64,000 nt of DNA from Thermodesulfobacteriota bacterium (lineage in GTDB: Bacteria; Desulfobacterota_D; UBA1144), in NCBI GenBank assembly GCA_030835345.1, contig JAURPH010000006.1, forward strand, positions 68,088-132,087, in the 5' to 3' direction. Shown here piece after piece: positions 10,507 through 21,030 of the stretch; position 1 is the first letter of the stretch; every line of letters begins with the position of its first letter. The notes beneath the pieces were generated by a model that was not told the origin of the DNA, ran no database searches, and saw only the letters and a list, made by a program, of their open reading frames with translations. A program made the translations under genes and the position numbers.

Positions 10507-10827
10507 ATGGAAACCGCACCAAAAGTAAGAATCAAGCTTAAATCATTTGATCATAAGCTTTTAGACAAGTCGACTTTCGATATTGTTGATACAGTTAAAA
10601 GAACTGGAGCAAAGGTTGCAGGTCCAATTCCGTTACCAACGGACATTTCAAAAACTTGTGTTTTAAGAGCACCACATGTTTATAAAGATGCAAGAGAACA
10701 TTTTGAAATGAGGACTCACAAGCGCCTTGTAGACATTCTTGAACCTACTCAGCAAACTATCGATTCATTAATGAAATTGGATCTTGCTTCTGGAGTAGAG
10801 GTAGAAATAAAACTACAAGGTGTATAA
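10507..10827 (+). CDS. rpsJ: 30S ribosomal protein S10
   Basis: [25 protein letters not shown]. Confidence 0.97.
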   Translation: METAPKVRIKLKSFDHKLLDKSTFDIVDTVKRTGAKVAGPIPLPTDISKTCVLRAPHVYKDAREHFEMRTHKRLVDILEPTQQTIDSLMKLDLASGVEVEIKLQGV

Positions 10828-11601
10828 ATGTCTGAAGATATAAAAAAAGAAAACCAATCAGAAGATCAAGTGTCAACTAAGGAAGAGCCAAAATCGGATA
10901 CATCTTCTTCGGAAGATACTATTGTTGAAGAGACATCAAGCGAACAGACTACTGAAAATGAATTAGATTCTATCAAGCTTAGTGGTCTAATGGGCACTAA
11001 GTTAGGAATGACACAGTCAATTATGGATGATGGTAGAGTTATTCCAACTACCTTAATTCAACTTGGACCTTGCTATGCACTTGAAAAGAAAGAAAAAAAT
11101 AATAAATGCTCAGTTAAGGTAGGTTTTTTAGATGTTAAACCTACTTCCTTGAACAAACCTAAGCTTTCATATTTCTCAAAATTAAATGTTAAGCCAGTTA
11201 AACATATAAAAGAGTTTGATTTATTAGAAGATATTGAAATTAAACCTGGAGCTGTAATTAAAGCTGATATCTTTAAAGAAGGTGATATTGCTGATGTTAC
11301 TGCAGACTCAAAAGGTAAAGGTTTTGCTGGAGTAATAAAAAGACATAATTTTGCTGGCCTAAGACATACACATGGAACTCCTCAGAATCAGAGATCAGCT
11401 GGATCAATTGGTGCATGTGCATATCCGGGAAGAGTTTGGAAAGGCCAAAAGATGGCTGGAAGATATGGCGGAAAAACATCAACTATTCAAGGATTAGAAG
11501 TTCTTAAAATCGATATAGAAAAGAATATAATTTTTATAAAAGGATCGGTACCAGGATCTAAAGGTGCTTTGGTTTATGTTAACCATACTAGGAAAGGATA
11601 A
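10828..11601 (+). CDS. rplC: 50S ribosomal protein L3 with about 50-aa acidic N-terminal extension
   Basis: KLGMTQ, SKGKGFAGVIKRHNF, PGRVWKGQKMAG, KGSVPG. Confidence 0.96.
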   Translation: MSEDIKKENQSEDQVSTKEEPKSDTSSSEDTIVEETSSEQTTENELDSIKLSGLMGTKLGMTQSIMDDGRVIPTTLIQLGPCYALEKKEKNNKCSVKVGFLDVKPTSLNKPKLSYFSKLNVKPVKHIKEFDLLEDIEIKPGAVIKADIFKEGDIADVTADSKGKGFAGVIKRHNFAGLRHTHGTPQNQRSAGSIGACAYPGRVWKGQKMAGRYGGKTSTIQGLEVLKIDIEKNIIFIKGSVPGSKGALVYVNHTRKG

Positions 11602-12218
11602 TGGATTTAGAAATAATAAATTTAGAAAATAAATCTGCAGGAAAAGTTTCTTTTGATATTGATGAAAATAAAGTAATCAATAGGTTTGCTATTAGTCAAG
11701 TAGTTAAGTGGCAACTAGCTAAAAGAAGATCTGGTACTGCTGCAACAAAAAATAGAGCACTGGTTGCAGGAAGTGGAAAGAAACCTTTTAAACAAAAGGG
11801 TACTGGTAATGCTAGAGCTGGAACCAGAACTTCTCCAATTTGGAGAGGTGGTGGTGTTATATTTGGCCCCCAACCAAAAGACTGGTCAATTAGTGTTCCA
11901 AAGAAAATAAGAAAATTAGCACTCAATAACACTATTTTGTATAAACTTCAAAAGAAAGAACTATTGATACTTGATTCACTTCAGATAGAGTCTAACAAGA
12001 CTAAAGATCTTGCTAATAAATTAGTTAACTTAAATCTTGGAAAGAAAATTCTTATTGTTACTGATAATAATGATTCAAATCTAGAACTCTCTTCAAGGAA
12101 CCTTCAAAATGTAAAGGTTATAAAATCTGATGGATTAAATGTTTATGATTTATTGAACTCAAATTCAGTTTTAATTGATAAAGATGCAGTTGAAAAAATT
12201 TTAGGGAGAATTAAATAA
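11601..12218 (+). CDS. rplD: 50S ribosomal protein L4
   Basis: KPFKQKGTGNARAG, WRGGGVIFGP. Confidence 0.97.
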   Translation: MDLEIINLENKSAGKVSFDIDENKVINRFAISQVVKWQLAKRRSGTAATKNRALVAGSGKKPFKQKGTGNARAGTRTSPIWRGGGVIFGPQPKDWSISVPKKIRKLALNNTILYKLQKKELLILDSLQIESNKTKDLANKLVNLNLGKKILIVTDNNDSNLELSSRNLQNVKVIKSDGLNVYDLLNSNSVLIDKDAVEKILGRIK

Positions 12219-12508
12219 TGAAAAAATTTATTTCAGATATCATTATTAAACCTTTGATGACGGAAAAAACTGCCTCTTTAGGAGAGTCGCAATGTTATGT
12301 GTTCGAAGTTTCTCCAAATGCTACAAAAAATGAAATAAGAGATTCAATTCAAAAATTTTTTGATGTTAAAGTTAAAGATATTAGAACGTCTATAAAACCT
12401 GGTAAAAAAGTTACGAAAGCTGGAAGAACAATAGGTAAAAGGTCTAAGCAGAAAAAAGCTTTTGTGACACTTAAAGAAGGAAGTATTGAACTAATTCAAG
12501 GAGTGTAA
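12218..12508 (+). CDS. rplW: 50S ribosomal protein L23
   Basis: PLMTEK, ATKNEI, KKAFVTL; position in S10 operon. Confidence 0.95.
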   Translation: MKKFISDIIIKPLMTEKTASLGESQCYVFEVSPNATKNEIRDSIQKFFDVKVKDIRTSIKPGKKVTKAGRTIGKRSKQKKAFVTLKEGSIELIQGV

Positions 12509-12509
12509 A

Positions 12510-13358
12510 ATGGCTATTCAAAAATATAAACCTACTAGTCCTGGAAGACGTTTTATGACATCAGCTGACTTTGATGAAATAACTTCAAAAGTTCCTCATA
12601 AAGCTTTAGTTAAATCTGTACATAAAAAGAAAGGAAGAAATAATAACGGACGCATAACTTCTAAAAGTAGAGGTGGTGGTGCAAAAAAATTATATAGAAT
12701 AATTGACTTTAAAAGAAATAAAATAGATATACCAGGAATAGTTCAAACCATAGAATATGATCCAAACAGGTCGGCTAGAATTGCTCTTATAAATTATAAA
12801 GATGGTGAAAAAAGATATATACTCGCACCATTAGGTATCAAGGTTGGCGATCAAATTATTTCAGCTGAAAAGACAGAAATTATTACAGGTAATTCCTTAT
12901 TGTTAAAAAATATTCCAGAGGGCACATTGGTTCACAATGTTGAAATGGCCCCGAAGGGTGGCGGAAAAATTGCTAGATCTGCCGGTGGTTATGCTACTGT
13001 CCTTGGAACTGAAGGTTCATTAACTCAAATTAAACTTGCATCCGGCGAAACAAGAAAGCTTTTAGCTGAATGTAGAGCAACAGTAGGTAAGCTTGGAAAT
13101 GAAAAGCATAATCAAGTAGTAATAGGTAAGGCAGGAAGAAAAAGATATTTAGGTAGAAGACCTATAGTAAGAGGCGTTGCAATGAACCCTGTTGATCACC
13201 CACATGGTGGTGGAGAAGGTAAAGCAGCAAGAGGTAACCCACATCCTGTTTCTAAATGGGGATGGATTACAATTGGTAAGAAGACTAGAAATAATCCTAA
13301 AACTGATAAGATGATAGTCAAAAGAAGAAGAATTGGTTACGGGATGGATAAGAGGTAA
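12510..13358 (+). CDS. rplB: 50S ribosomal protein L2
   Basis: [29 protein letters not shown]. Confidence 0.98.
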   Translation: MAIQKYKPTSPGRRFMTSADFDEITSKVPHKALVKSVHKKKGRNNNGRITSKSRGGGAKKLYRIIDFKRNKIDIPGIVQTIEYDPNRSARIALINYKDGEKRYILAPLGIKVGDQIISAEKTEIITGNSLLLKNIPEGTLVHNVEMAPKGGGKIARSAGGYATVLGTEGSLTQIKLASGETRKLLAECRATVGKLGNEKHNQVVIGKAGRKRYLGRRPIVRGVAMNPVDHPHGGGEGKAARGNPHPVSKWGWITIGKKTRNNPKTDKMIVKRRRIGYGMDKR

Positions 13359-13365
13359 TTAAGGT

Positions 13366-13650
13366 ATGGGTAGATCAATTAAAAAAGGACCATTTGTTGA
13401 TGACAAGCTAATGAAAAAAGTCATTAAAGCTAAAGAAGAGGACAGTCAAAAAATAATTAAAACATGGTCTAGAAGATCTATGATAGTTCCTGAGATGATA
13501 GGTTTAACCTTTGCTGTATATAATGGAAAAAAATTTGTTCCTGTCTATGTAACTGAATATATGTTGGGACATAAGCTTGGAGAGTTCTCACCAACAAGAA
13601 CTTTTATTTCTCATGCAGGTGGAGATAAAAAATCAAGGGTAGGAAGATAA
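13366..13650 (+). CDS. rpsS: 30S ribosomal protein S19
   Basis: [25 protein letters not shown]. Confidence 0.98.
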   Translation: MGRSIKKGPFVDDKLMKKVIKAKEEDSQKIIKTWSRRSMIVPEMIGLTFAVYNGKKFVPVYVTEYMLGHKLGEFSPTRTFISHAGGDKKSRVGR

Positions 13651-13653
13651 AAT

Positions 13654-13992
13654 ATGATATCAAAAGCTGTAAATAAATATATAAGAAGAACCCCAAGAAA
13701 AGTTAATACTGTATTAGATGTTATTAGAGGAAAAAATGTCGATTATGCATTCATGCTTTTGAAAGCAATTACTAAGGGTGCAAAAGAAGAAGTTTCAAAA
13801 ACTTTAAAATCTGCAGTATCAAATGCTTATGAAAAGGGTTATACAGATACAGCTAAAATTTCTATTTCTGAAGCCTATAGCACTGAAGGACCAATCTTTA
13901 AGAGGTTCAAAGCTAGGGCTATGGGAAGAGCTACTAGAAGATATAAAAGAACAAGCCATATAACTATTATATTAAAAGAGGAGTCAAATTAA
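13654..13992 (+). CDS. rplV: 50S ribosomal protein L22
   Basis: [19 protein letters not shown]. Confidence 0.96.
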   Translation: MISKAVNKYIRRTPRKVNTVLDVIRGKNVDYAFMLLKAITKGAKEEVSKTLKSAVSNAYEKGYTDTAKISISEAYSTEGPIFKRFKARAMGRATRRYKRTSHITIILKEESN

Positions 13993-14669
13993 TGGGACAA
14001 AAAGTAAATCCAATATCATTAAGAATAGGTATTACAAGATCATGGCCTTCTAATTGGTTTGTTTCAAATAAAAACAAATATAAAGATTATCTGCATGAAG
14101 ATCTTAAAATAAGAACCCATGTTAAGAAAAAGTTTTTTCAAGCTGGAATTTCTAAATTAGAAATAGAGCGTTCATCTGATGAAAAAGTAAGACTTGTAGT
14201 TTACTGCTCAAAGCCTGGACTATTAATCGGTAGAAAAGGTGTCGATATAGATTTATTGAGAAAAGATTTAAAAAAGATGATTAAAAAAGATGCTTATATT
14301 GATATAAGAGAAGTAAAAAGGCCTGAAATAGATTCACAACTAGTTGCAGAAAATATAGCATTACAATTAGAAAGAAGAGTTACTTACAGAAGAGCAATGA
14401 AAAGAAGCATGTCATCAGCACTCAGATTAGGTGCTATAGGGATTAAAGTTATGGTCTCAGGAAGACTCGGTGGTGCTGAGATTGCTAGAAGTGAATGGTA
14501 TAGAGAGGGAAGAGTCCCTTTGAGTACATTAAGAGCTGATATTGATTATGGTTTTGCTGAGGCGGCAACTACTTATGGGATTATAGGAATAAAGGTTTGG
14601 ATTTTTAAAGGTGAAGTTATAAAAAGAAAAGAAAAAATAGCAAAAGGAGCAGGAAATGCTACAGCCTAA
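13992..14669 (+). CDS. rpsC: 30S ribosomal protein S3
   Basis: [32 protein letters not shown]. Confidence 0.98.
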   Translation: MGQKVNPISLRIGITRSWPSNWFVSNKNKYKDYLHEDLKIRTHVKKKFFQAGISKLEIERSSDEKVRLVVYCSKPGLLIGRKGVDIDLLRKDLKKMIKKDAYIDIREVKRPEIDSQLVAENIALQLERRVTYRRAMKRSMSSALRLGAIGIKVMVSGRLGGAEIARSEWYREGRVPLSTLRADIDYGFAEAATTYGIIGIKVWIFKGEVIKRKEKIAKGAGNATA

Positions 14670-15078
14670 AAAAACAAAACATAGAAAAATGCATAAAGGC
14701 CGTGTTAGAGGGGTTGCCACTAAAGGCAACAAAGTATCTTTTGGAGAATTTGGTTTACAAGCTTTGGATTTTTCTAGAATCACTGGAAGGCAAATTGAAG
14801 CTGCTAGGATTGCAATAACAAGAAAAGTAAAAAGGGGTGCAAAACTTTGGATTAGAATCTTTCCTCATAAACCTGTTTCTAAAAAACCTGCTGAGGTTAG
14901 AATGGGTAAAGGTAAGGGAGATATAGATAGATATGTTGCTCCAATAAAAAAAGGAACAATGATTTATGAGATTGCTGGTGTTGATGAGGAGCTTGCAAGA
15001 GAAGCCTTAAGATTAGCTTCTGCAAAGCTTCCTGTAAGAACCAGGATTGTTGTCAGAACGAGAGGTTTATTGATATAA
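14656..15078 (+). CDS. rplP: 50S ribosomal protein L16
   Basis: [16 protein letters not shown]. Confidence 0.98.
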   Translation: MLQPKKTKHRKMHKGRVRGVATKGNKVSFGEFGLQALDFSRITGRQIEAARIAITRKVKRGAKLWIRIFPHKPVSKKPAEVRMGKGKGDIDRYVAPIKKGTMIYEIAGVDEELAREALRLASAKLPVRTRIVVRTRGLLI

Positions 15079-15275
15079 TGAATATGTCTGATATTAAAAA
15101 GTTAGATACTGAAGAAATTCAAAACAAAGTTGTTGAGCTTAAAGATTCAATTCTTAAAGCAAAAATTTCTAAGTTGAATCAGGGTGATTTTGATTCAAAT
15201 ACATTTAATAAAATAAAAAAAGATATTGCAAGATGTCTTACTGAATTAAATATTCGAAATCAGGAGAATAAATAA
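15078..15275 (+). CDS. rpmC: 50S ribosomal protein L29
   Basis: 65 aa, KKDIAR.LT; position between rplP and rpsQ. Confidence 0.92.
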   Translation: MNMSDIKKLDTEEIQNKVVELKDSILKAKISKLNQGDFDSNTFNKIKKDIARCLTELNIRNQENK

Positions 15276-15535
15276 TGAGTAGGGGAAGAATGAGAGAAAT
15301 AACAGGTACTGTGACTAAAAATTCATCAGATAAAACAGTTATGATTCAAACTGAAACAAAGAGCAAAAATAAAAAATATAACAAAATTGTTGTACTTAAA
15401 AAACAATTTTCAGTTCATGACGAAAAAAATGAAGCAAAAGTTGGAGACCAAATTAGGATTATTGAAACGAAGCCAATAAGTAAAAACAAAAGATGGAAAT
15501 TAGTTGAAATTGTTGCAAAAGGAGAGAACTTATGA
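15275..15535 (+). CDS. rpsQ: 30S ribosomal protein S17
   Basis: [20 protein letters not shown]. Confidence 0.95.
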   Translation: MSRGRMREITGTVTKNSSDKTVMIQTETKSKNKKYNKIVVLKKQFSVHDEKNEAKVGDQIRIIETKPISKNKRWKLVEIVAKGENL

Positions 15536-15900
15536 TTCAAACAGAGACACAATTAGTTTCTGCAGATAATTCAGGAGCTAAGAAGCTCAATGTTATTAAT
15601 CTGAAAGGTGGCTCTTTTAGACGATATGCAAGAATTGGAGATATCGTAACTGTATCTATTAGGGCTGCAATTCCAAACTCTAAAGTTGAAAAAGGAAAAA
15701 TATTTCAAGCTGTAATAGTTAGAACAAAGAAAGAGTTAAGAAGGAATGATGGATCATACATTCGATTTGATGATAATGCGGCAGTATTGATTAATAAAGA
15801 TAATCAGCCAATTGGTACTAGGATATTTGGTCCAGTTGCAAGAGAGTTAAGAAACAAAGGTTTCATGAAAATTGTTTCATTGGCTCCGGAGGTTATATAA
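15532..15900 (+). CDS. rplN: 50S ribosomal protein L14
   Basis: [26 protein letters not shown]. Confidence 0.98.
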   Translation: MIQTETQLVSADNSGAKKLNVINLKGGSFRRYARIGDIVTVSIRAAIPNSKVEKGKIFQAVIVRTKKELRRNDGSYIRFDDNAAVLINKDNQPIGTRIFGPVARELRNKGFMKIVSLAPEVI

Positions 15901-16137
15901 GTGGCAAATTCACGTAGACCAAAAAAAGGTCAAGAAGTTAAAATTATTGCAGGGAAGTATAAAGGCCAAGTTGGTAAAGTTTTGTCAGTATTTCCTAAGG
16001 AAGATAAATTGATCATAGAAAATATAAATGTTGCCAAAAGACATATGAAACCTAATCAACAAAATCAGACTGGTGGAATCATCAGTAAGGAAAAACCAAT
16101 TCACATTTCAAACGTTAAGGTGATTGCAAATGCTTAG
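15901..16137 (+). CDS. rplX: 50S ribosomal protein L24 (short, 78 aa)
   Basis: KOW motif IAGKYKGQVGKV, GGIISKEKPIHISNV; GTG start. Confidence 0.94.
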   Translation: MANSRRPKKGQEVKIIAGKYKGQVGKVLSVFPKEDKLIIENINVAKRHMKPNQQNQTGGIISKEKPIHISNVKVIANA

Positions 16138-16678
16138 TTTAAGAGAACAGTATAAAGAATTAGTGCCTGAAATTTTATCTAATTTAAATTATTCAAATAA
16201 AATGGAAGTACCGAAAATTGTTAAAGTTTCTATAAACATGGGACTAGGTAAAATTTCTGATGCTGGTAAAGATGGGAAACTTATTGAGGAAGCTGTTGAA
16301 GAATTATCAAGAATTGCAAACCAAAGGGCTGTTGCTACAAAGGCTAAAAAATCTGAAGCAGGATTCAAGTTAAGAGAGGGCTCATCTATAGGTGCAAGAG
16401 TTACCCTCAGAGGTAATTTAATGTACGAGTTTCTAATGAAGCTACTCCATTTAGCATTACCTAGGGTTAGAGATTTTAGAGGTATATCTAGAAAAGCATT
16501 CGATAAAAGTGGGAATTATAATTTAGGTATCACAGATCATTTAATTTTCCCAGAAATTGATCCGACTAAGACATCAAAAAACAAAGGTATGAATATTACT
16601 ATAGTAACAACAGCAAATAAAGATGAAGATGCACTTTTTCTATTAGAAAAATTGGGGTTTCCATTCAAAAAGAATTAG
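16130..16678 (+). CDS. rplE: 50S ribosomal protein L5
   Basis: [26 protein letters not shown]; ATG at 16130 preceded by AAGGTGA. Confidence 0.97.
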   Translation: MLSLREQYKELVPEILSNLNYSNKMEVPKIVKVSINMGLGKISDAGKDGKLIEEAVEELSRIANQRAVATKAKKSEAGFKLREGSSIGARVTLRGNLMYEFLMKLLHLALPRVRDFRGISRKAFDKSGNYNLGITDHLIFPEIDPTKTSKNKGMNITIVTTANKDEDALFLLEKLGFPFKKN

Positions 16679-16689
16679 GAGTTTATATT

Positions 16690-16875
16690 ATGGCAAAAAA
16701 ATCAATGATAGTTAAAGCTAATAAAAAGCAAAAATTTAAAGTTAGAGAATATAATAGGTGTCCTTTAACAGGAAGACCAAGAGGGTTCATTAGAAAATTT
16801 GGAATGAGTAGAAATGCTTTTAGAAAATTAGCCAGTGAAGGACTAATTCCTGGTGTAAAAAAGGCGAGTTTCTAG
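16690..16875 (+). CDS. rpsN: 30S ribosomal protein S14 (61-aa type, 3 of 4 Zn cysteines lost)
   Basis: [26 protein letters not shown]. Confidence 0.96.
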   Translation: MAKKSMIVKANKKQKFKVREYNRCPLTGRPRGFIRKFGMSRNAFRKLASEGLIPGVKKASF

Positions 16876-16885
16876 AGAGGAAAAA

Positions 16886-17281
16886 ATGGTTATAGATCCA
16901 GTATCAGACATGTTAACAAGAATTAGGAATGCTATTACACGAAGGCATAAGAATGTTCAGATACCTTCGTCAAAATTTAAAGTTGAAATTGCAAAAATAC
17001 TTAAAGAAGAAGGGTTTATTCATTCTTTTGATATAGTGAAAGATGGTAATTTTAGCAACATAAAGATAGATTTAAAATATGATTCAAGAAAGTCTCCTGT
17101 AATTAAAAAAATTCAAAGAATAAGTAAGCCTGGATTAAGGGTTTATGTTAATAAAAATGAAATCCCAAGAATTTCTGGTGGCCTTGGAACATCTATTATT
17201 TCAACTTCTAAGGGATTAATGACTGGAAGTAAGGCTAGAGAAATTGGTGTAGGAGGAGAAATACTCTGCAGTATTCTGTAA
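16886..17281 (+). CDS. rpsH: 30S ribosomal protein S8
   Basis: DMLTRIRNA, SKPGLRVY, STSKG. Confidence 0.98.
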   Translation: MVIDPVSDMLTRIRNAITRRHKNVQIPSSKFKVEIAKILKEEGFIHSFDIVKDGNFSNIKIDLKYDSRKSPVIKKIQRISKPGLRVYVNKNEIPRISGGLGTSIISTSKGLMTGSKAREIGVGGEILCSIL

Positions 17282-17297
17282 GTTTTTTAAATTCGTT

Positions 17298-17852
17298 ATG
17301 TCTAGAATAGGTAATAAAGAAATAGAAGTTTCAAATGATGTTAAAGTTGATTTTAATGATGGTTTATTAAAAATTACTGGACCTAAGGGTAATTTACAAC
17401 GCCCAATTCCTGAAGGTGTAAAGTTAGATATTGCTGACGGGAAAATTAAAGTGAGTCGACTGTCAGAAGAAAAGAAAATCAAAGCTCTTCATGGTCTTTT
17501 TAGATCATTAATTAATAATATGGTTATAGGTGTTAGCCAGGGTTTTGAAAAATCATTAGAAATTATTGGTACAGGTTATAAGTGTGACATAAAATCAAAA
17601 TCTGAACTGGTTTTAAACTTAGGCTACTCTAATCCTATTAGCTTTAAGTTACCTGAAGGAATTGATGCTGAAGTTGAAAATAAAGGAACAATTTTAAAAA
17701 TTAAAGGTATAAATAATGAAGTTGTTGGAGAAATTGCAGCACGAATAAGAAAATTAAGAAAACCTGAAAGATATAAAGGTAAAGGTGTAAGATATCAAGG
17801 AGAATATGTTAAGTTAAAAGCAGGTAAGGCTGCGGGTAAAGGTGCCAAATAA
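17298..17852 (+). CDS. rplF: 50S ribosomal protein L6
   Basis: MSRIG, GPKG, PERYKGKGVRY. Confidence 0.97.
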   Translation: MSRIGNKEIEVSNDVKVDFNDGLLKITGPKGNLQRPIPEGVKLDIADGKIKVSRLSEEKKIKALHGLFRSLINNMVIGVSQGFEKSLEIIGTGYKCDIKSKSELVLNLGYSNPISFKLPEGIDAEVENKGTILKIKGINNEVVGEIAARIRKLRKPERYKGKGVRYQGEYVKLKAGKAAGKGAK

Positions 17853-17853
17853 A

Positions 17854-18186
17854 ATGATTAATCCTATAGAACGAAATAAGCTTAGAGTAAAGAGACATTT
17901 AAGAACTAGAAAAAAAGTTTCAGGAACTGCTGAAGTACCTAGACTTTATATATTTAGGTCATTAAAAACTTTATATGCAAACATAGTTGACGATGATAAA
18001 GGTACAACTATCGCTTCAGCTTCAATATCAAAGAAGGATTCTTCCACCAAGTTAGCTGAATTACTTCTGGAAAAAATTACAAAACTCGGGATAAATAAAG
18101 TTGTTTTTGATAAAAGTGGTTATAAATACCATGGTCGAATTAAACAATTCGCTGATTCATTAAGAGATAAAGGTCTAAATTTTTAA
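17854..18186 (+). CDS. rplR: 50S ribosomal protein L18
   Basis: PRLYIFRS, FDKSGYKYHGRI; ATG at 17854 preferred over GTG at 17842. Confidence 0.95.
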   Translation: MINPIERNKLRVKRHLRTRKKVSGTAEVPRLYIFRSLKTLYANIVDDDKGTTIASASISKKDSSTKLAELLLEKITKLGINKVVFDKSGYKYHGRIKQFADSLRDKGLNF

Positions 18187-18204
18187 TAACATTGGAGATA
18201 TAAA

Positions 18205-18744
18205 TTGAGTACAGTTCAAGATAAAGAATTTGCAGAGAAAATAATTCACATCAGAAGAGTAGCAAAAGTTACCAAAGGTGGTAAGAACTTCCATTTTACT
18301 GCTCTTGTAGTTATTGGAAATATGAAAGGTCAAGTAGGTTCTGGCTTAGGTAAGTCTAACGAAGTCCCTGATGCTATTAGAAAAGCTATAGAGAAGGCAA
18401 AAAAGAATTTAATAAATATAAATATGAATGGAAGAACTATCAGTCATGAAGTATATGCTAAATCCTTATCATCACAGGTAATGATCAGACCTGCTGGTTC
18501 AGGGACTGGTGTTATTGCTGGGGCAGCCGTTAGGTCTGTTCTTGAGTTGGCTGGAATTAAAGATGTTTTATCTAAATCTCTTGGGTCAAGAAACCCTATT
18601 AATGTTGTTGCTGCAACCATTGAATGCTTAAAGCAGTTGTCAGAACCATCTGAAACTGCAGATGGTAGAGGAAAGGATTCAAAGGATTTAGATTTACCAA
18701 AACAATACTATTTAAACAAAGCTGAAGGTGAAATAAATGCTTAA
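18205..18744 (+). CDS. rpsE: 30S ribosomal protein S5
   Basis: RVAKVTKGG, GTGVIAG, SLGSRNPIN; TTG start with GGAG SD. Confidence 0.97.
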   Translation: MSTVQDKEFAEKIIHIRRVAKVTKGGKNFHFTALVVIGNMKGQVGSGLGKSNEVPDAIRKAIEKAKKNLININMNGRTISHEVYAKSLSSQVMIRPAGSGTGVIAGAAVRSVLELAGIKDVLSKSLGSRNPINVVAATIECLKQLSEPSETADGRGKDSKDLDLPKQYYLNKAEGEINA

Positions 18745-19162
18745 TGAATTAGTGAAGACTGGATATAAGAAAAAGACAAGGGTTGCCAGAGGACCTGGAT
18801 CAAAAGGTAAAACTGCTGGTCGTGGCCATAAAGGTCAAAATTCAAGATCAGGAGGAGGTGTTCCAATTTTATTTGAAGGCGGACAATCCAATTTTGTTTT
18901 GAGAACACCTAAAAGAGGTTTTAAAAATTATAATAGAGTTGAATTTGAGATATTAAATGTAGGAATGCTGAATAAAATTTCTGATTCCTCTGAAATAAAT
19001 AAAGATCTGCTTGTTAAATTAGGAAAAATAGAAGGAAAGAAGCCACTTAAGATTTTAGGACAAGGTGAAGTTTCAAAAAAAATAAACATAAAAGCAGATG
19101 CTTTTTCTAAGTCTGCTGAAGAAAAAATTAAATCTGCGGGCGGAACGATCACTACAGTATGA
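18737..19162 (+). CDS. rplO: 50S ribosomal protein L15
   Basis: GKTAGRGHKGQNSRSG, FEGGQ, KILGQG. Confidence 0.97.
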   Translation: MLNELVKTGYKKKTRVARGPGSKGKTAGRGHKGQNSRSGGGVPILFEGGQSNFVLRTPKRGFKNYNRVEFEILNVGMLNKISDSSEINKDLLVKLGKIEGKKPLKILGQGEVSKKINIKADAFSKSAEEKIKSAGGTITTV

Positions 19163-20475
19163 GTTCAGTAGATTCACTACCAAGACTTCCAGAGTTAAAT
19201 AAAAGAATTTTATTTACACTTTTTATTCTGACAATTTATAGATTAGGAGTTTTTGTTCCAATCCCAGGAGTAGACTCTGCTGAAATATTAGCAATTTTTT
19301 CAAATCAGGGAAAATCATTTTTCGATATTATTAATTTATTTTCTGGTGGTGCTTTTGAAAGAGCTTCTATATTTGCACTTGGAGTAATGCCATATATAAC
19401 AGCTTCAATTGTAATGAATTTAGTAGTCAAAACAATTCCGAAACTAGAAGAAATGAATAAGGATAGTGCTGGTAAAAAGAAGATTAGTCAGTATTCAAGA
19501 TATTTAACTATTGTTATATGTTTTTTTCAAGCTTCGTTACTTGTATCCGCATTGCAAACAGGATTGGGAACTGGAGCTCAAATTGTTTTTGACCCCGGAC
19601 TTTCATTCTATTTGCTAACAGTATTTAGCCTTACTGCTGGAACATTTTTTGTAATGTGGCTTGGGGAACAGATTACAAATAATGGAATTGGAAATGGTTT
19701 ATCATTAATTATTACTGCATCAATAATAACTACCGCACCTTCTGCTATTGGAAAATTGTACAATTTTGTTTCAATAGGCAATCTTAATGTTCTTACAATA
19801 ATTTTATATATTATTATAATGTTAGTTGTTTTGTATTCTGTAGTTTTTGTTGAACGATCCTTCCGAAAAATTCCAGTACAGTATCCGCAGAAAACCCAAG
19901 GTAGAAAAGTTTCTGCTGGTCAGTCATCACATCTACCTTTAAAAATTAATCCAGCAGGTGTTATACCACCAATTTTTGCTTCATCTATTTTATTGCTACC
20001 TCTAACAATTTTTAATTATATAGACATTCCTAGCCTTAACGAATTTAGTGCATCCTTTTTAAATAATGGCTTTATATACAATCTAGTCTTTGCTCTTTTA
20101 GTAATTTTTTTCACTTTTTTTTATACAGGGATGGTTATAAATCCTTCAGAGATGTCAGAAAACCTTAAAAAGAATGGTGCTTTCATACCAGGTATCAGAC
20201 CTGGAAATAATACAACTGAATATATCAAAAATGTAATGTCTAAGTTGACAGTTATTGGCGCTCTTTATCTTGCTTTAGTTTGTGTTATTCCAGCCATACT
20301 AAATGCAAAGCCATTTAGTTTACCCTTTTTCTTTGGTGGTACATCTTTATTAATCGTTATAGGGGTAACCTTAGATACAATTCAACAAATTCAATCTTTT
20401 TTAATTTCAAATAACTATGATAATTTTGGGAATAAAAAAAGGAAGAAGGAACCAAAAAGATTCAATTTGAGGTGA
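19159..20475 (+). CDS. secY: Preprotein translocase subunit SecY
   Basis: SIFALGVMPYITASI, WLGEQIT..GIGNG, GVIPPIFA, IPGIRPG, GGTSLLI. Confidence 0.98.
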   Translation: MSSVDSLPRLPELNKRILFTLFILTIYRLGVFVPIPGVDSAEILAIFSNQGKSFFDIINLFSGGAFERASIFALGVMPYITASIVMNLVVKTIPKLEEMNKDSAGKKKISQYSRYLTIVICFFQASLLVSALQTGLGTGAQIVFDPGLSFYLLTVFSLTAGTFFVMWLGEQITNNGIGNGLSLIITASIITTAPSAIGKLYNFVSIGNLNVLTIILYIIIMLVVLYSVVFVERSFRKIPVQYPQKTQGRKVSAGQSSHLPLKINPAGVIPPIFASSILLLPLTIFNYIDIPSLNEFSASFLNNGFIYNLVFALLVIFFTFFYTGMVINPSEMSENLKKNGAFIPGIRPGNNTTEYIKNVMSKLTVIGALYLALVCVIPAILNAKPFSLPFFFGGTSLLIVIGVTLDTIQQIQSFLISNNYDNFGNKKRKKEPKRFNLR

Positions 20476-20478
20476 TTT

Positions 20479-21027
20479 ATGATACTAATATTATTTGGAC
20501 CACCAGGAGCTGGTAAAGGAACACAAGCTGATTTATTAAAAGATAAATTTAACTTACTTCATTTATCAACTGGGGATATTTTAAGAGAAGAAGTTTCTAA
20601 TAATACTAATTTGGGTCAACAGGCTAAGAAGTTTATGGATTCTGGCGAGTTGGTTACGGATGAATTAATAATAGGAATGATTAAAAATAAAATAGATTCT
20701 ACAACAAATGTTGAAGGTTTTTTATTTGATGGTTTTCCAAGAACCATTTCACAAGCTGAGGCATTAGATTCCATGCTCTTAAGTAATAATCTCAATGTAG
20801 ACAAAGTTATTTCCTTAGAAGTAGATGATGATATTTTAACAGAAAGGCTTTTATCTAGAGGTAGGAGCGATGACAACGAAGAAACTATTAAAAACAGATT
20901 AAATGTCTATAAAAATCAAACCCTTCCAATTAAAGATTACTATTTAAAAAATAATAAATTAGTTGAAGTTAAAGGAGATGGCTCAGTTGAAGATGTTAAT
21001 GCAACAATTGTGAGTTCAATTTCATAG
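20479..21027 (+). CDS. adk: Adenylate kinase (short-LID type)
   Basis: GPPGAGKGT, STGDILR, DGFPRT, short RGRSDD lid. Confidence 0.97.
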   Translation: MILILFGPPGAGKGTQADLLKDKFNLLHLSTGDILREEVSNNTNLGQQAKKFMDSGELVTDELIIGMIKNKIDSTTNVEGFLFDGFPRTISQAEALDSMLLSNNLNVDKVISLEVDDDILTERLLSRGRSDDNEETIKNRLNVYKNQTLPIKDYYLKNNKLVEVKGDGSVEDVNATIVSSIS

Positions 21028-21030
21028 CAA

